Shown here piece by piece: positions 13,701 to 25,729 of a stretch of DNA of 64,000 bases. The notes under the pieces were generated by a model. The model did not search any database and was not told the origin of the DNA. It saw only the letters and a program-made list of their open reading frames with translations. The DNA lies in the NCBI GenBank assembly GCA_003427395.1, contig BFEA01000018.1, positions 1,121,382-1,185,381 on the forward strand. Reading direction: 5' to 3'. Position 1 is the first letter of the stretch. Each line of letters begins with the position of its first letter. Origin of the DNA: Chara braunii (Eukaryota > Plantae > Charophyceae). The position numbers and the translations under genes are program-made.

Positions 13701-15341
13701 CAAACGACCTCAGACAGACAAGCAACAAGAAATGATCTATGCAATGATCCTTTTTGGATAACACTTCTTCAAACATGGAGGCGACTTCCACTGCCTGACA
13801 AACTCTCCCCAGAGAGATGAGAAGAGGTGTGCCAACAACCCCTCTTTGATAACAGATGGATTAGAGATGCTCAAGGGTACATACTTCACTGTATGGACTT
13901 GCCATGGAAGAGTTGGGTTAGAAAAGGGATCATAAGGATAAAAAATATATTGGATATTGAAACAAACGATTGGATTGAACCATGCATTTTGCAAGAGCAC
14001 CTCCGCTACTGTCACCACTCAAAACAGACCCTCGAAAAAATCATTGATTTAATCCCACTGGAATGGATCAGAATACTTAGAAGATGACCTAAATTAGAGA
14101 CAAATGACTGGGTAGCAATCAGAAATCAGCCCCAAGTGGTTGGTTCTATCATGGTCAAACTCACGAATGGGGACATCCTCTTGGAACTCTATGATCTGGT
14201 ACAAGATAACTATATCTGCCTGAAAAAGCAAGATCAGGTCAAGTCTGTCCAAGAATGTCATATTTTTAGAATCAGAGTATTAAAGATAAAGGATCAACGC
14301 AGGGTCTTCAAACCTGATACTCCCATCCCTCTATTGCCACTAGATCCTGCTAATTGGATTTGGGACTCAGCAATAAAGAGCAGAAGATCTACGAAAGGTA
14401 ATAGAACATACCAAAGAGATCTCCAAAGTTTAACAGTGAAATCCACCTACTGAATGTTGAGAATAAAGATTAGCCGAAAGGATATAGTATCTGCCAGGTG
14501 GATGAAACACCTCAATCTCAGCAGAGAAGAGATCAGACCGATAAAATGGTTCCGGTTAACAAAGGCCAAACCAGCAAAGGTAACGTCACTTCAATGGCAA
14601 ATTGAACATAGGTGTCTCCCCACTAATGATTGGCTGATAGATAGATCCTCTTTAGAGCAGAGAGGCATTGCCTCACGCTGGTGTAGATTCTGTAAATCTG
14701 CCTTCCCTAGTAGATTAATCCCGGAAACCATAGAACATGTATTCATGCAATGCCCTGGTGCAGTATGGCTTTGGAGATGGTGAGACCGAATATGGAGTTA
14801 GCTACACCCACCCACCCCGTGGCCTTGGGGTTGGAAATCCATTCTCCTGGAATCATGGACTCAAGAGCCCAAAGAAGATTTTGCTAAAAACCTCTTCACT
14901 ATTGGGAGGAGGGCGGTTATTTGGGCCATATGGCTAAGAAGATGCACCTATGAGATGGAGGGAGCCAGGTTAGATGACCCAGAATTCACTGAAATAATAA
15001 AACAACAAATTCAAACAGACATAATAGAAATATTATCAATATGGGAACATACAAAAGAAAAGATTCAACACTTATCTTCTAAATCAGAGATTCTTCAACA
15101 CATCAAACAATTCAGTCTCAGCTGGCTTGGAGGAAACCAGGGAAGGAAGATGGGTGAAATTAAGTGGGAGGAGGACAAGGGTACAGAAGAAGGAAAAATA
15201 AACAAGGATTATAGGTTGATCTTCACTGACTGGTCAGTGGTTGACCCATCTATTCCCATGCGACCTGCTGCAGACTTTCCAGACCCTTTTCCCCCACCTC
15301 CAATGGCCATGGTCCCAATATCCTGGTTTGGGTATGATTAA
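10721..15341 (+). pseudogene. LINE A ORF2: AP endonuclease, reverse transcriptase, zf-RVT-like region; multiple stops/frameshifts
   Basis: SLNVNGL, NQETH, AGDFN, SRIDL, LDH (APE); KTPGIDGLP, NYRPITL, RQGDP, LFADD (RT); CRFC..ETIEHVFMQCP. Confidence 0.95.
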
Positions 15342-15620
15342 TCTACATAAAATGATGAGTAGTAGGGAAAGATCAGAGCTAGCTATGGAAATTTCTTTCT
15401 GGCGCCTGGAAACGGGTGAAGAGGCTGCTGCCCCACATCATTGCAGTTGCAGTTTCTATCTCTTAGGACGAGTCTGCCTAAATCAGCCTAGATCTGCCTT
15501 AAGTATGCCTGTTCAGTCAATCCCCTGGTTACCCAGGGTAATCAATGCTGGCAGGAAACAGCCCTCTCGTTCACTGCAGCCCAAATTTCAACAAGACCAC
15601 TCATGCTTTGTTCTGTATTT

Positions 15621-15737
15621 GGGACGCTGGACCCGTTTTCCAGCAGGTGATGCTCCCCACCAATAGATGGAGCCACTCCCCGGGTGCTAGTGGTGACTGC
15701 CCTTATCAGCACCACTATCACTGACAGGGACGTTGTT
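15621..15737 (+). ncRNA. Conserved structured LINE 3'-tail motif (reference copy)
   Basis: GGGAC-GCTGGA-CCCGTTT-TCCAGC-AGGTG-AT-GCTCC-CCACCAATAGAT-GGAGC, then a third hairpin TAGTGGTG..CACCACTA, then poly(A). Repeated across the window. Confidence 0.8.
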
Positions 15738-16007
15738 AAAAAAAAAAAAAAAGGCCCGTGTTCTTCCTGGCCAGCCAACCAGTCAGCCAGCCAGGCGGCC
15801 CGCCCGCCAGCTGGCAGGCACGCAGGCAGGAAGGCAGGAAGGCAGGAAGGCAGGCCAGCAGTCAGGCAGGCAGGCTGGCAGGCAAGGGCAATTCCAACAC
15901 ATTCCTGTACCTATTTGTGTTTGTGTGGATGTGTTTGTTTGAGGGTGTGTGCGTGCGAGGACGTGTGTCTGGTAGTGTGTTTGCATGCCAGAGAGTGACA
16001 TACGTGT

Positions 16008-16011
<4 letters not shown>

Positions 16012-16083
<72 letters not shown>
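16012..16083. repeat. (GA)n microsatellite
   Basis: Directly visible. Confidence 0.97.
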
Positions 16084-16087
<4 letters not shown>

Positions 16088-16399
16088 CCTGGCCAGCACG
16101 TTCATTCTGCATGCATGTCATGGCATTCAGTGGATCTGGGATGTGCTGAGAAGAAAGGAAGAAAGAGTGACACGTTGCCCCAAAGAGCGAGAGGGAAAAA
16201 CAAAACAGAGGATTATGAGCAGCTGTTACCTGCTGGCTACGTGGATTTAAGGCTTTCTTATCACACCCCCCTCCCACACACCTAGTGACGCTGCCCCGGC
16301 TTTCTCACACGTGGGTTTGCTTAACTGAATGTCCACGTAATTTCAGCAGGGCAGATTCCTCCCAAACCTTTTTTTCTTGTTTTCATCTTTTGTTTGGTG

Positions 16400-17250
16400 A
16401 AACATCGGGTCTTGCTCTATTACTCTCCACTCTCCAAAATTTTGGAGAGTCTTTGGAGAGCTGTCAGACTCTCCAAAAACACAGGAAACCACTCATCATC
16501 GCTCCACTTACTTTCCATAGACCAACTCCCCAAATTCATCAGTACTTGGGGAGCACAAGAAGACATCTCCATGGGCAGAGAAAGACAACTGGAGGTCCCT
16601 GTTTGTCCACCAAGACTCCAGGCCTACTCTCCAAAAGCGCGCGCTGATCAGCCTATCGGCTGAGGACTCTCCAAATACTGGCTGTGGCAGACAGGGAACT
16701 CTGCCAACTTGGAGAGTGCTTTTTTGAGGTCGTGTTCTGACAGCTCTCCAAGAGTTTTTCACGGCCCAAGTTCGAGAGTATGTGGAGTGACGCTGAAGGG
16801 TCCTCACTCCATTACTCTCCAAATGTGCAAATTGAGAGTGAGTCTTCTGCTGGAACATGGAAAGATACACCACCATATTTTTTGTCTGTCGTGCATGTGG
16901 AGAGTAGTGGAGCGAAGCCCAAACTCTCTGAATTCGGAGAGTGGAGCCCATTCATCGTCAGTGCCCGCGTCCGCTGTCTGGTCAGGTTGCTCCAGTAGAG
17001 AGTGATGTTCCTTGCATGAGGTAAGATAGAAAAGGTGTGGGGGTGCGCCAGGAGATATATCGAGAGAGATGATAGGATGGGTGTCTCGTGAGTAGGGAAA
17101 AAAAAAAAAAAAAAAAAAAAAAAAGAGAGTAGTGGAGCGAGACCCATCATATTCAGTGCCGCTATTCCGAGGGGGCTGTGAGAACCCTCCCAATCGATTC
17201 TTCCCAAGTCCTTATGAGAGTAAGGGGCCCCGCCGCACTACTCCAGGAAT
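16400..17250. repeat. Region of dispersed ACTCTCCA/TGGAGAGT motifs (possible non-autonomous DNA transposon)
   Basis: More than 12 motif copies in both orientations, e.g. ACTCTCCAAAATTTTGGAGAGT at about 16429-16450. No convincing ORF. Confidence 0.5.
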
Positions 17251-17454
17251 GTGCAAAATGCAGCATGTATCTTCTGCAAAAACATCAGTCACATAGAAAT
17301 AGAGGTTGCCTGTTTTACATTCGGCGGTGAGTGGCATATGTGTGGGTGACCTGGATGAATGTGCATCTGCCCTCCAGCATGAGCTGACACTGATTCAACA
17401 CATGTTTACCCTAGGACTTGCTTGTCGCACGGGAACTTTGTGGCCTGAACCTGT

Positions 17455-17590
17455 TTTTTTTTTTCTTCCTCCTTTTTAAAAGGGGCTGTTGCCTACTAGG
17501 GGGAGTGGTGAGAGCATCTTCCCCTACAGTAATGACCACAGCCGGGTGCTCCAGTCTATTGGGGGGGAGGTGCACCTGCTGGGCTGAATC
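17455..17590 (-). repeat. LINE 3'-tail motif copy (diverged)
   Basis: Minus strand reads CCAGCAGGTGCACCTCCCCCCCAATAGACTGGAGC..TAGGGGAAGATGCTCTCACCACTCCCCCTAG, then an A-rich tail. Confidence 0.75.
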
Positions 17591-17932
17591 TGGCCATAAC
17601 TGTTTCTCTTCTTTTAGTAGAACATTGTCCTGGCAAACGCCTGTAATGTCAGAGCAGTCTGTTCAGACTGTCTGAAACTCCAGGCCATGCACGTAAGAAA
17701 AGAAAGAAAGAAAAAAAATTATGCACCAACAGGTAGGAGTGATGATATGAGCATGCACTCCGTGCAGGCCATGCGCTTTGATAATGGCTCCATTTTGTAT
17801 TTGCAGGGAGCTCCATGTTCTGGCGAATGGGCTGAGCGGCCCCTTCACCTAGTAGTGCACAAGATACACAATAGACATGATGGCTATACAGGGCTGATTG
17901 CCCTGGTATATCCCAAACGATTAACTGTCTAT

Positions 17933-18127
17933 CTTTGAATATGGGCCTTGCTCCACTGCTCAAACATTTTGAATGAATCAGACCTTTGAATATGGGCCTA
18001 GTGCTATCACTGCTATGGGCCATGCACTTTGAATATGGGCCTTGCTCCACTGCTCGAACATTTTGAATGAATCAGACCTTTGAATATGGGCCTAGTGCTA
18101 TGGGCCATGCACTTTGAATATGGGCTT
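17933..18127. repeat. Short tandem duplication (about 90 bp x2) built from CTTTGAATATGGGCC subunits
   Basis: Directly visible. Confidence 0.85.
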
Positions 18128-19464
18128 CCCTCCACAAATACCTGAACAGGCATATACACCAGATACCCTTGTATTGAACGAACATTTTGTACGAATTAGA
18201 CCTCTAACAGGTCCAGGTACATTAAGCATGCAGTGCAGTGAGAGAGTCCCTACGAGTAACAAGAGCACACAGGGGGATATAGCGTGGTCAACAGATAACT
18301 GCCGCCAGACTGCAAAAACAGACCACTGCAATGCCAATGCATGTGCTTGGACATAAAACAGCTGCAAAAATTGCCTTATGGCTGCCCATAACCCATTTCT
18401 TTTGTTTTTTAAAGGGCAGCAATCTTGAGGTAATCCAGCCTCTACAACAACCTNNNNNNNNNNNNNNNNNNNNNNNNNNNNNNNNNNNNNNNNNNNNNNN
18501 NNNNNNNNNNNNNNNNNNNNNNNNNNNNNNNNNNNNNNNNNNNNNNNNNNNNNNNNNNNNNNNNNNNNNNNNNNNNNNNNNNNNNNNNNNNNNNNNNNNN
18601 NNNNNNNNNNNNNNNNNNNNNNNNNNNNNNNNNNNNNNNNNNNNNNNNNNNNNNNNNNNNNNNNNNNNNNNNNNNNNNNNNNNNNNNNNNNNNNNNNNNN
18701 NNNNNNNNNNNNNNNNNNNNNNNNNNNNNNNNNNNNNNNNNNNNNNNNNNNNNNNNNNNNNNNNNNNNNNNNNNNNNNNNNNNNNNNNNNNNNNNNNNNN
18801 NNNNNNNNNNNNNNNNNNNNNNNNNNNNNNNNNNNNNNNNNNNNNNNNNNNNNNNNNNNNNNNNNNNNNNNNNNNNNNNNNNNNNNNNNNNNNNNNNNNN
18901 NNNNNNNNNNNNNNNNNNNNNNNNNNNNNNNNNNNNNNNNNNNNNNNNNNNNNNNNNNNNNNNNNNNCTCTTCTTCTAAGCCAACCAAGTCAATTACGTG
19001 TCAAATCTGGACAGGACGGCCGTTCAGGCCTTGTTATTATCATCATTATAGTACTACGGGTAACCCCGTAGCAGCTACATCCTTGTTCAACGCGGGAACA
19101 TGGGGGAGCTGCAGTCACCAGCCGGTGGGTGATCCTGGCTAGGGGTCGGCCGGTACCATCAGGACCGAGTAACTGTAACTCGCCTCCCGTCCCCTCCCTA
19201 ACATCTGCAGTCTCTGCTCAATGCCGCTCAGGGGGGGACCAACGGCCTAGCTGCGCCAAGCTTGGCCAGGAAGGTACAAGAGGCCAATAGGGACTGAAGG
19301 CAAGACCTTCTGAATGCCTTACCAACTGAGCTAGGCCGCTGGATGAGTCGTCATAATTTGTTGATTCATGGGATTGATTCATAGGGCTGTGTATTATTGT
19401 GGCTGTCCCAATTATGCAGAGGATTATCTGCTGATTCAGAACTTTAGTGGGCACAGGTATACAG

Positions 19465-20645
19465 ACTTCAAGACTTAGAGCCACATACAGAATGCTAAGA
19501 GTGAGAGTTAATCTCAAAGACAAGGTATCTGATAGATATATGAAACATCTCAACCTCAGCAGAGAAGATGTAAGATCAATGAAGTGGTTTAACTTAATTA
19601 AATCCAAACCAGCAAAGATGAAATCTCTCCAATGGCAAATTGAACACAGATGCCTTCCCACAAATGACTGGATAATAGATAGGTATTCCTTGGAACATAA
19701 AGGAATTGCCTCTAGGTGGTGTAAGTTTTGCAAATCTGCAGTAGGTTGATTCCTGAAACCATCGAACACATTTTCCTTCAATGCCCTGGAGCTATTTGGT
19801 TATGGAGATGGCGGGACAGAATTTGGAACCAGCTAGGCCCACAGATGAGATGGCCCTGCGGATGGAAAGCATTTGGAATCATGGATTGCTGAACCATATG
19901 ATGACTTTACACAAAACCTCTTCACCATGGGGAGAAGAGCACTCTTATGGGCCATATGGATGAGAAGATGCACATATGAAATGGAGGGAGCCTGTTTAGA
20001 TGGTCCCGAATTTACTGAAACTATTAAATTATATGTCCAAACTAAAATTACAACCAAATGGGCAAAGGTGAAAGAAAAAATACACTTGTCTTCACGGGAA
20101 GAATCCGCAAACATATCCAAAAATTCAGTACATGCTGGCTTGGAGGACACCAAGGGGGGGAAATGGGAAAAGTAAAACGGGAAGGGGTTACAGGAGGGGA
20201 TAATAACGATATCAGGAGAGACTACAGGATAATATTTAAGGATTGGACAATGGTAGATCCATCCATACCCATGCGTTCTCCAGTTGAGTTTCCTGACCCC
20301 TTTCCTCCTCCACTATCGGCTATGGTTCCAAAATATTGGTTTGGGTATGAGTAAAGTGTGAAGATATCAGACTGGAGTGTCAATGGCTCATTGAGTGAAT
20401 CAGGACCAGATAGTAGTGCTAGATCTGGCATCCAACATTGGATGAAGAGGTGATGATTCACAAAATACTATCTCCAATCGTGTAACACTTTCATATTCTT
20501 ATTGTAAAAGGGACGCTGGACCCGTTTTCCAGCAGGTGCAGCTCCCCACAAACAGATGGAGCCTCCCCGGGAATGCTAGTGATGTCTGCTCTTACCAGTG
20601 TCACTAGCATCCACTAGGGTTGTTAAAAAAAAAAAAAAAAAAAAA
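19465..20645 (+). mobile_element. 5'-truncated LINE (ORF2 C-terminus, 3' motif, poly(A))
   Basis: LQWQIEHRCLPTNDW..CKFCKS and DPSIPMR..FPDPFPPP..WFGYE match LINE A. Motif at 20510, poly(A) at 20625-20645. Confidence 0.92.
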
Positions 20646-20762
20646 CCCTTCAAGGTTTAGAGAATATCAAGTTCGTTAGTTGCACAGGAGTACTGGGAGG
20701 GAAGGGAGTGGGTAATCATGGGACCTTAGAGCCCCAACACAGTGCCAAAGTGATGTATCCAA

Positions 20763-20909
20763 GGGACACTGGACCCGATTTCCAGCAAGTGTCACTCCCC
20801 CACCGATAGACGGAGCAACCCTTTAGCCAAGGCTTCAATCCTGGTGGTTCACTCACCACTGGCTGGATAGAGACATGGCGCAAGGGCTCCTCTCAAAAAG
20901 AAAAAAAAA
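20763..20909 (+). repeat. LINE 3'-tail motif copy
   Basis: GGGACACTGGACCCGATTTCCAGCAAGTGTCACTCCCCACCGATAGACGGAGC, then an A-rich tail. Confidence 0.75.
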
Positions 20910-20918
20910 GGGAAACTA

Positions 20919-23767
20919 TGTGACGAACTACCTTCTGTAACCGCGCGACTTCCTGCGCGAAGCTGCTGTGGGGAAACGGGGGGGCTTCGAAGGGCAACGG
21001 GCGTAAGCAAGGATCGGTTGGGCAAGTTGCATGGATGCCCTCGCTTCTTTTTCGTTTTTGTTGGAATTCGTTGGGCCGGTGCCGGGAAAGTCACGCGCCG
21101 ACGATTGAGTGACCGCGCCTTAGCGAGTGCGAGAAATAACGGTTGCCATAACTCCTTTCTTATTCTGTTGTGAGCACTAGGAATTTTGGCGCGATTAGCG
21201 CGCAGGAATCTTCATTTTTGAAATTCGAACTATTGTCGAGCCCCCGTAGGCTCTCAGAATTGTTTTTCTTTCTGAATTTCCTTTGGCAATTAGGATTTAG
21301 ACTAGGAATTTAGGCACCTTGCAATTTGGCTGCACGGCGCTTCTTGCTCGCACGCGTCGTGCGTCGACAGGGTCTGGGCTCTGATTTCCATCCGTGCCTT
21401 AATCTTGTGTGTAACTGTAGTTTTTGGCAGGCACAATCGCAACTATAATCTTCTTGTTCTTGATGACCTTTGTGTTTCCTTCTTTCTCGCCTCGTCTTCG
21501 CATGCACACTCTCTTCCTTTGTTCTAAGTGGTTCCCACATTTGCACGCCCCGATCGATGCGCGGAGAGTGGCTCCGTCCCCCGCGCCACGGCCTAGACAT
21601 GCAGACGTAGGCACTTCTCTCTTCCTTTGCTTAGGCATAATCCTGAATTCATCACGCACGCAGGCATGCTATAAATTTCGCAAGCGCGATTAGTTGCTCT
21701 CTCTCCGAACTTGGAAGGTTAGCGCGGTCAGTGAGAATCGGCTAACGAGTAAGTTGGCAGGTGAGTAGATTGGGTCGGGCGATCCGATGGGCTGGCACCA
21801 AGTAAGTGGGGTTGACGTGCGGGCCACGACGGACTATGGCGCACGGGCGAACCTAACGGGCCTGTTTGGGCTAAGCGGGGTGACGACTTGGTGTTGGTGC
21901 GCGGCGACGGACTGCCCGCATCAGAGGACGTGGAAAGACAGAGAGAGAGAGGGAGAGGAGACGAATCGGGATGGTGTCTTTTCCTTTTGTTTCTTCTTCT
22001 TCCAACCTTCGTGTATAAATTTTGGATTTCTGCCTTGGTCAATTTTGTTGCGGCAACTTCGGATTTTCCTTGTGAATTATCTTGAATTTTGGTGTGCATT
22101 ATCATTTATTCCCGGCTCTATTAGATTTTGCGTGTTTGACAGTCCGATGGATGCTTGTACTTCCTCACTCTCTGTTTGCGGCGTAATTGTCATTCTCAAT
22201 TTCTTGTAAGATCGGTGGTTTCTGTTTGAATGCATGTTGTCTTTCCTTTCGACCTAAGATGCGCACACTTGTCGATTCCTCACCCTCGCTAAACATGAAT
22301 GAGTCTGATGATAAATTTGTTGTCTTAATGAATGCGCGAGTGAGAACTTGGGATTGCGAGTCGTTCCTGCGGATCCTTCGAATTCGCGCGTAATGGTAGA
22401 GTAGAATCAGCAGATATGTGTACGGGGAAGTCGCGATTGTACGGACCCGTGATTGGTTGTTCGCGATTGACTGTTCGGGAGGGACTGAGGGGTCGCGCAC
22501 AGATAAGACATGAGCCTTAGGAAAGGGGAGGGCAATGATGATGGGTATTAGAAAGTGACGAAATTTGAGTTAAGCTAACCCAAATCGTATCTTCTGATCG
22601 ACCATCGCTTGCGCCCACTCCTGCTAATCCGGAGCCAGCCCCTCACATAGCCGTACGCAGATCCTGTGCACGCACGTGTAAGCCCGACCGAAAGGGACGG
22701 TGCCTATACGCGTGTCTGCAGGATCTGCGCGCGGGCCATAATGGCGTTTACATTGGATTGACAGGATGTTTCACATCACGGACCGAGAAAGTTTGTGGGA
22801 CTCCGAATATTGGAAATATTGAGAATGGAAGAACGCGTACTTCCTCGCTCAGCCCCGCCCCGATCCTCCGAGATTCCCTTACCAGCGAGGAGACGAACGT
22901 GTGTGCGATTGGGATATAGGAAGGGCATTGGACGTTGTTTCTTACACAACCCAATTCCCTGAGTCCCACACGAGCCACGTCTTCTCCGAACCTGGGGTCG
23001 TCGTCCTAATAACCCACTGCCCACCGTACCGAGTGGTGCTGCCCTTCCACTACCTCACCGTTATCCCGTGGCACGCTATCGCTCCCTACTGACCTCGAAC
23101 CCCTTGTTCTGAGTGCCAGTGAGACCGCAAGTACCAAGCTTCGGGGTTCGTCCGCCGAACCCTAACGGAGTTTGAACGACGGGCACGCAACCTCCGGCTG
23201 AGACCTTCGTCGTCTGATTCCGAAGTTTGCAGCGATCGACGACAGCTGCTGATCAGACAGCGCGATACCCATAGCGTGCACCCTGTCCATCAGGTCCGCG
23301 ACCGACCGCAAAGGTGAAACCAGAGGAGATGGTAATTCCCATCTCTTGGGCCTAAGGCATACGAAACATGCTTGAGGTCGACGACAAGGGCAACTATGTG
23401 GGGGATTCTGTCCGAGAATGGAAGAGTGTCTACATTTGTTAACGACGTGATTACGTCGAGACTCTTATCCCTGGGATACACTGTGCATGCTATCTGCCTT
23501 ATGCTGCACGACATCTGCAACTTTCATTTCTTTACACAGTCTGAGAGGTGGTCTATTTGCTCATAAAACCTGAAACGCCGCGCACGGCCCGCACTTGCCC
23601 TCTTGCACTTTTACCCCCGAAACTTGCCACATGAGATCTCAGTTCTGTCCTGGGACTCCACCCCCCCCACTTTCCTAAAATCCTTGGCACACCCCCTTTT
23701 TCGCACTTCCGGGCCCCCATCCCACTCCGATCAGGAAGTCGCGCTGGGCGTGAGGTTGGGCGTCACA
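20919..23767 (+). mobile_element. Solo LTR (about 2.85 kb) of a Ty3/Gypsy element
   Basis: Termini TGTGACG...CGTCACA; 4-bp TSD ACTA (20915-20918 and 23768-23771); TATA-like CTATAAATT at about 21670; homologous to 56927-59852 in reverse. Confidence 0.9.
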
Positions 23768-24063
23768 ACTATGTGGGAGTCACAAAAGTGAGTTATAATT
23801 GCAGTATGGGCCAAGATACAGTTTGCAATTGCAGCTTGGGCAATGTATACAACCCAGCTTTCTGGCCAGGTAGGGTGCCCAGGAGTCACAAAAATGAGTT
23901 ATAATTGCAGTATGGGCCAAGATACAGTTTGCAATTGCAGTTCGGGCAATGTATACAACCCAGCTTTCTGGCCAGGTAGGGTGCCCGAAGTGCAATTGCA
24001 AACTGTATCTTGGCCCATAGTGCAATTACAACTCAGTTTTTCTGACTCTACTGAAGTTAACCC
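23768..24063. mobile_element. MITE (foldback) interrupted by the solo LTR; its left tip GGGAAACTA is at 20910-20918
   Basis: Same family as 55687-55879; contains an internal tandem duplication of the left arm. Confidence 0.85.
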
Positions 24064-24987
24064 CCCCCACAAAAAAAGAAGGGAAGGAAGTGGCCTCTTG
24101 AGCCCTGTCACAGGGTGCCTGACAGATCTAAGACCAGCTAGTTCTCCCTTCTTACAACAATTTAAACCCTTTCTCTCAGAAACAGACACCAGCAAGAGGT
24201 CCCCGGGCAACTCAGGGGCGCGGAGGGAGGCAGTATCCTACTGTCCAAACCAAATAGACTCAACCCAGGTGCCTTGGGTTAGAGGGATAGGTCAGGCAAA
24301 CACTCCTTGGGGGGGGGGGAGGCACATTGGTGTCAATCTTGGTCCATGTCCTGATGCACAAGCAGTAGTCCTTTGGGCAAGGGTTCTGCTGATCTTCTTG
24401 TTGCCAACCATTCCATTGCACCCTGGCCCAGCCTCCCCACCTGCTCCCCTCCCAGCCATTCCTTTTTTTTTTTTTTTTTTTTTTTTGAAGCCCAGGTTGT
24501 TGTAGAGGCCAGATTCCGCCGTCATAGCAGCGCCAGAATCTGAAAGCTTCCCAGGGGGCCACCCTTCCCGGTACTATTTTGGCCACGCTTCCCCCAAGCT
24601 AACGTCTGTCCGTTCCTGGTGCTGTGTCATCTGCCCCCCTGTCCCCTTCTGCCCCTTTTTTTTAAAAAAAAAGGGGACGGCCTTGAGATATCATCATTGA
24701 GCTAACAGGGCCCAGGCAATTCAGCAATATTTGGTTGTACTATGCTCAGTGCGCACACCCATGAACTGTTGAAGTACAGAGCCGAGTTTGAATCCAGATG
24801 ATGGTACTTGATGAGTACAACGGGGACCAAACTCAGGATACCATAGCTTGCCCACCTCTGTACGGATATTCAAGCTGCTTCAAGGATACACACCTCCATG
24901 GGAGAAAAGAGACAGGGCACACCATCCAGTACAGGAAGGGTGGGGGTAGGGGATTTTACTAATTCATCTTTGTTTATGCTACTCACA

Positions 24988-25059
24988 TGGTCTTTTTTAT
25001 TGATTTTAACTACTGGTTTTGTTTATGAATGGAAGAAGGGCGCTTTAGATTGGGAATAA
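24988..25059 (+). pseudogene. nad3: Mitochondrial NADH dehydrogenase subunit 3 C-terminal fragment (NUMT)
   Basis: Translates [21 protein letters not shown], the characteristic Nad3 C-terminus. Confidence 0.9.
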
Positions 25060-25066
25060 CACATTT

Positions 25067-25137
25067 GGGTAATTAGCTCAGTTTGCACTGCGTCGTTTAC
25101 ACCGAGAGAGCCAGCGGTTCAAGTCCGTTTTTATCCA
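25067..25137 (+). tRNA. trnV: Organellar tRNA-Val(UAC) pseudogene (NUMT), damaged D-arm
   Basis: GGGTAAT acceptor, TAGCTCAG, anticodon arm TCG-TT-TAC-AC-CGA, T-arm GCGG-TTCAAGT-CCGT; lies 7 bp after the nad3 stop. Confidence 0.8.
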
Positions 25138-25140
25138 GAT

Positions 25141-25175
25141 GGGAAAATAGCTTAGTTGGTTAGAGTGCTGGTCTG
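25141..25175 (+). tRNA. 5' half of a second organellar tRNA (probably trnD), truncated
   Basis: GGGAAAA-TA-GCTT-AGTTGGTT-AGAGT-G-CTGGT-CTG; no T-arm follows, so identity is uncertain. Confidence 0.6.
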
Positions 25176-25729
25176 AAAGAGGCCAGCTTACCTGCGTGAG
25201 CTGGAAGTTAAGTGTAGGGGATAGCACCAGCCCCCAAGACTGAGACATCAAGGGGCTGTAAGGTGAGAGAAGGGAGAGAAGTCAATATGTTCCCAAGTCT
25301 CTCATAGCCGGCCAGGAGAGCTGTGTTTACTATCTCTTTCATTAGGCTATCACGGAGGCAAGCAACTCAGGCTGCGGTATTCTTCCATCGGCCAAAAGAT
25401 TCACTCATCGGCGAAGGACCCGGCAGCTCATTGTTAGCTCAAATACATGTCTGATCAAATAAACTACTACGACAACAACCGGCTGTTGGCAACATGAATG
25501 GGGTGTGGCAGAACATTACTTAGAATCTGTTTCCAACCCTCTTAGTACCAATAGCAACTAAGAGACTTGTGTATATTAGCACCTTCCTTAGAATGTCATG
25601 TAGGCAGACAACCTAGGAGGCTGGGTAGTTCTACCGGCCAAACTTCCTTCATTCTCTGTAGATGAGCCAGGCAGCTTGCTGCCATTACAATGACAGGTCG
25701 GTTCAAGCAAACAGCTACAATGTTCAGGT

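Larger units (their letters stand above)
7716..15752 (+). mobile_element. L1/Tx1-like non-LTR retrotransposon (LINE copy A), decayed, 5' end unclear
   Basis: ORF1 relic, ORF2 with APE-RT-zinc finger, structured 3' UTR motif at 15621, poly(A) at 15738-15752. Confidence 0.92.

Noticed and set aside
18098-19071. Long ORFs spanning N-runs (also 43056-44110, 53289-54035, 58432-59061)
   Set aside because: Artefacts of assembly gaps and microsatellites.
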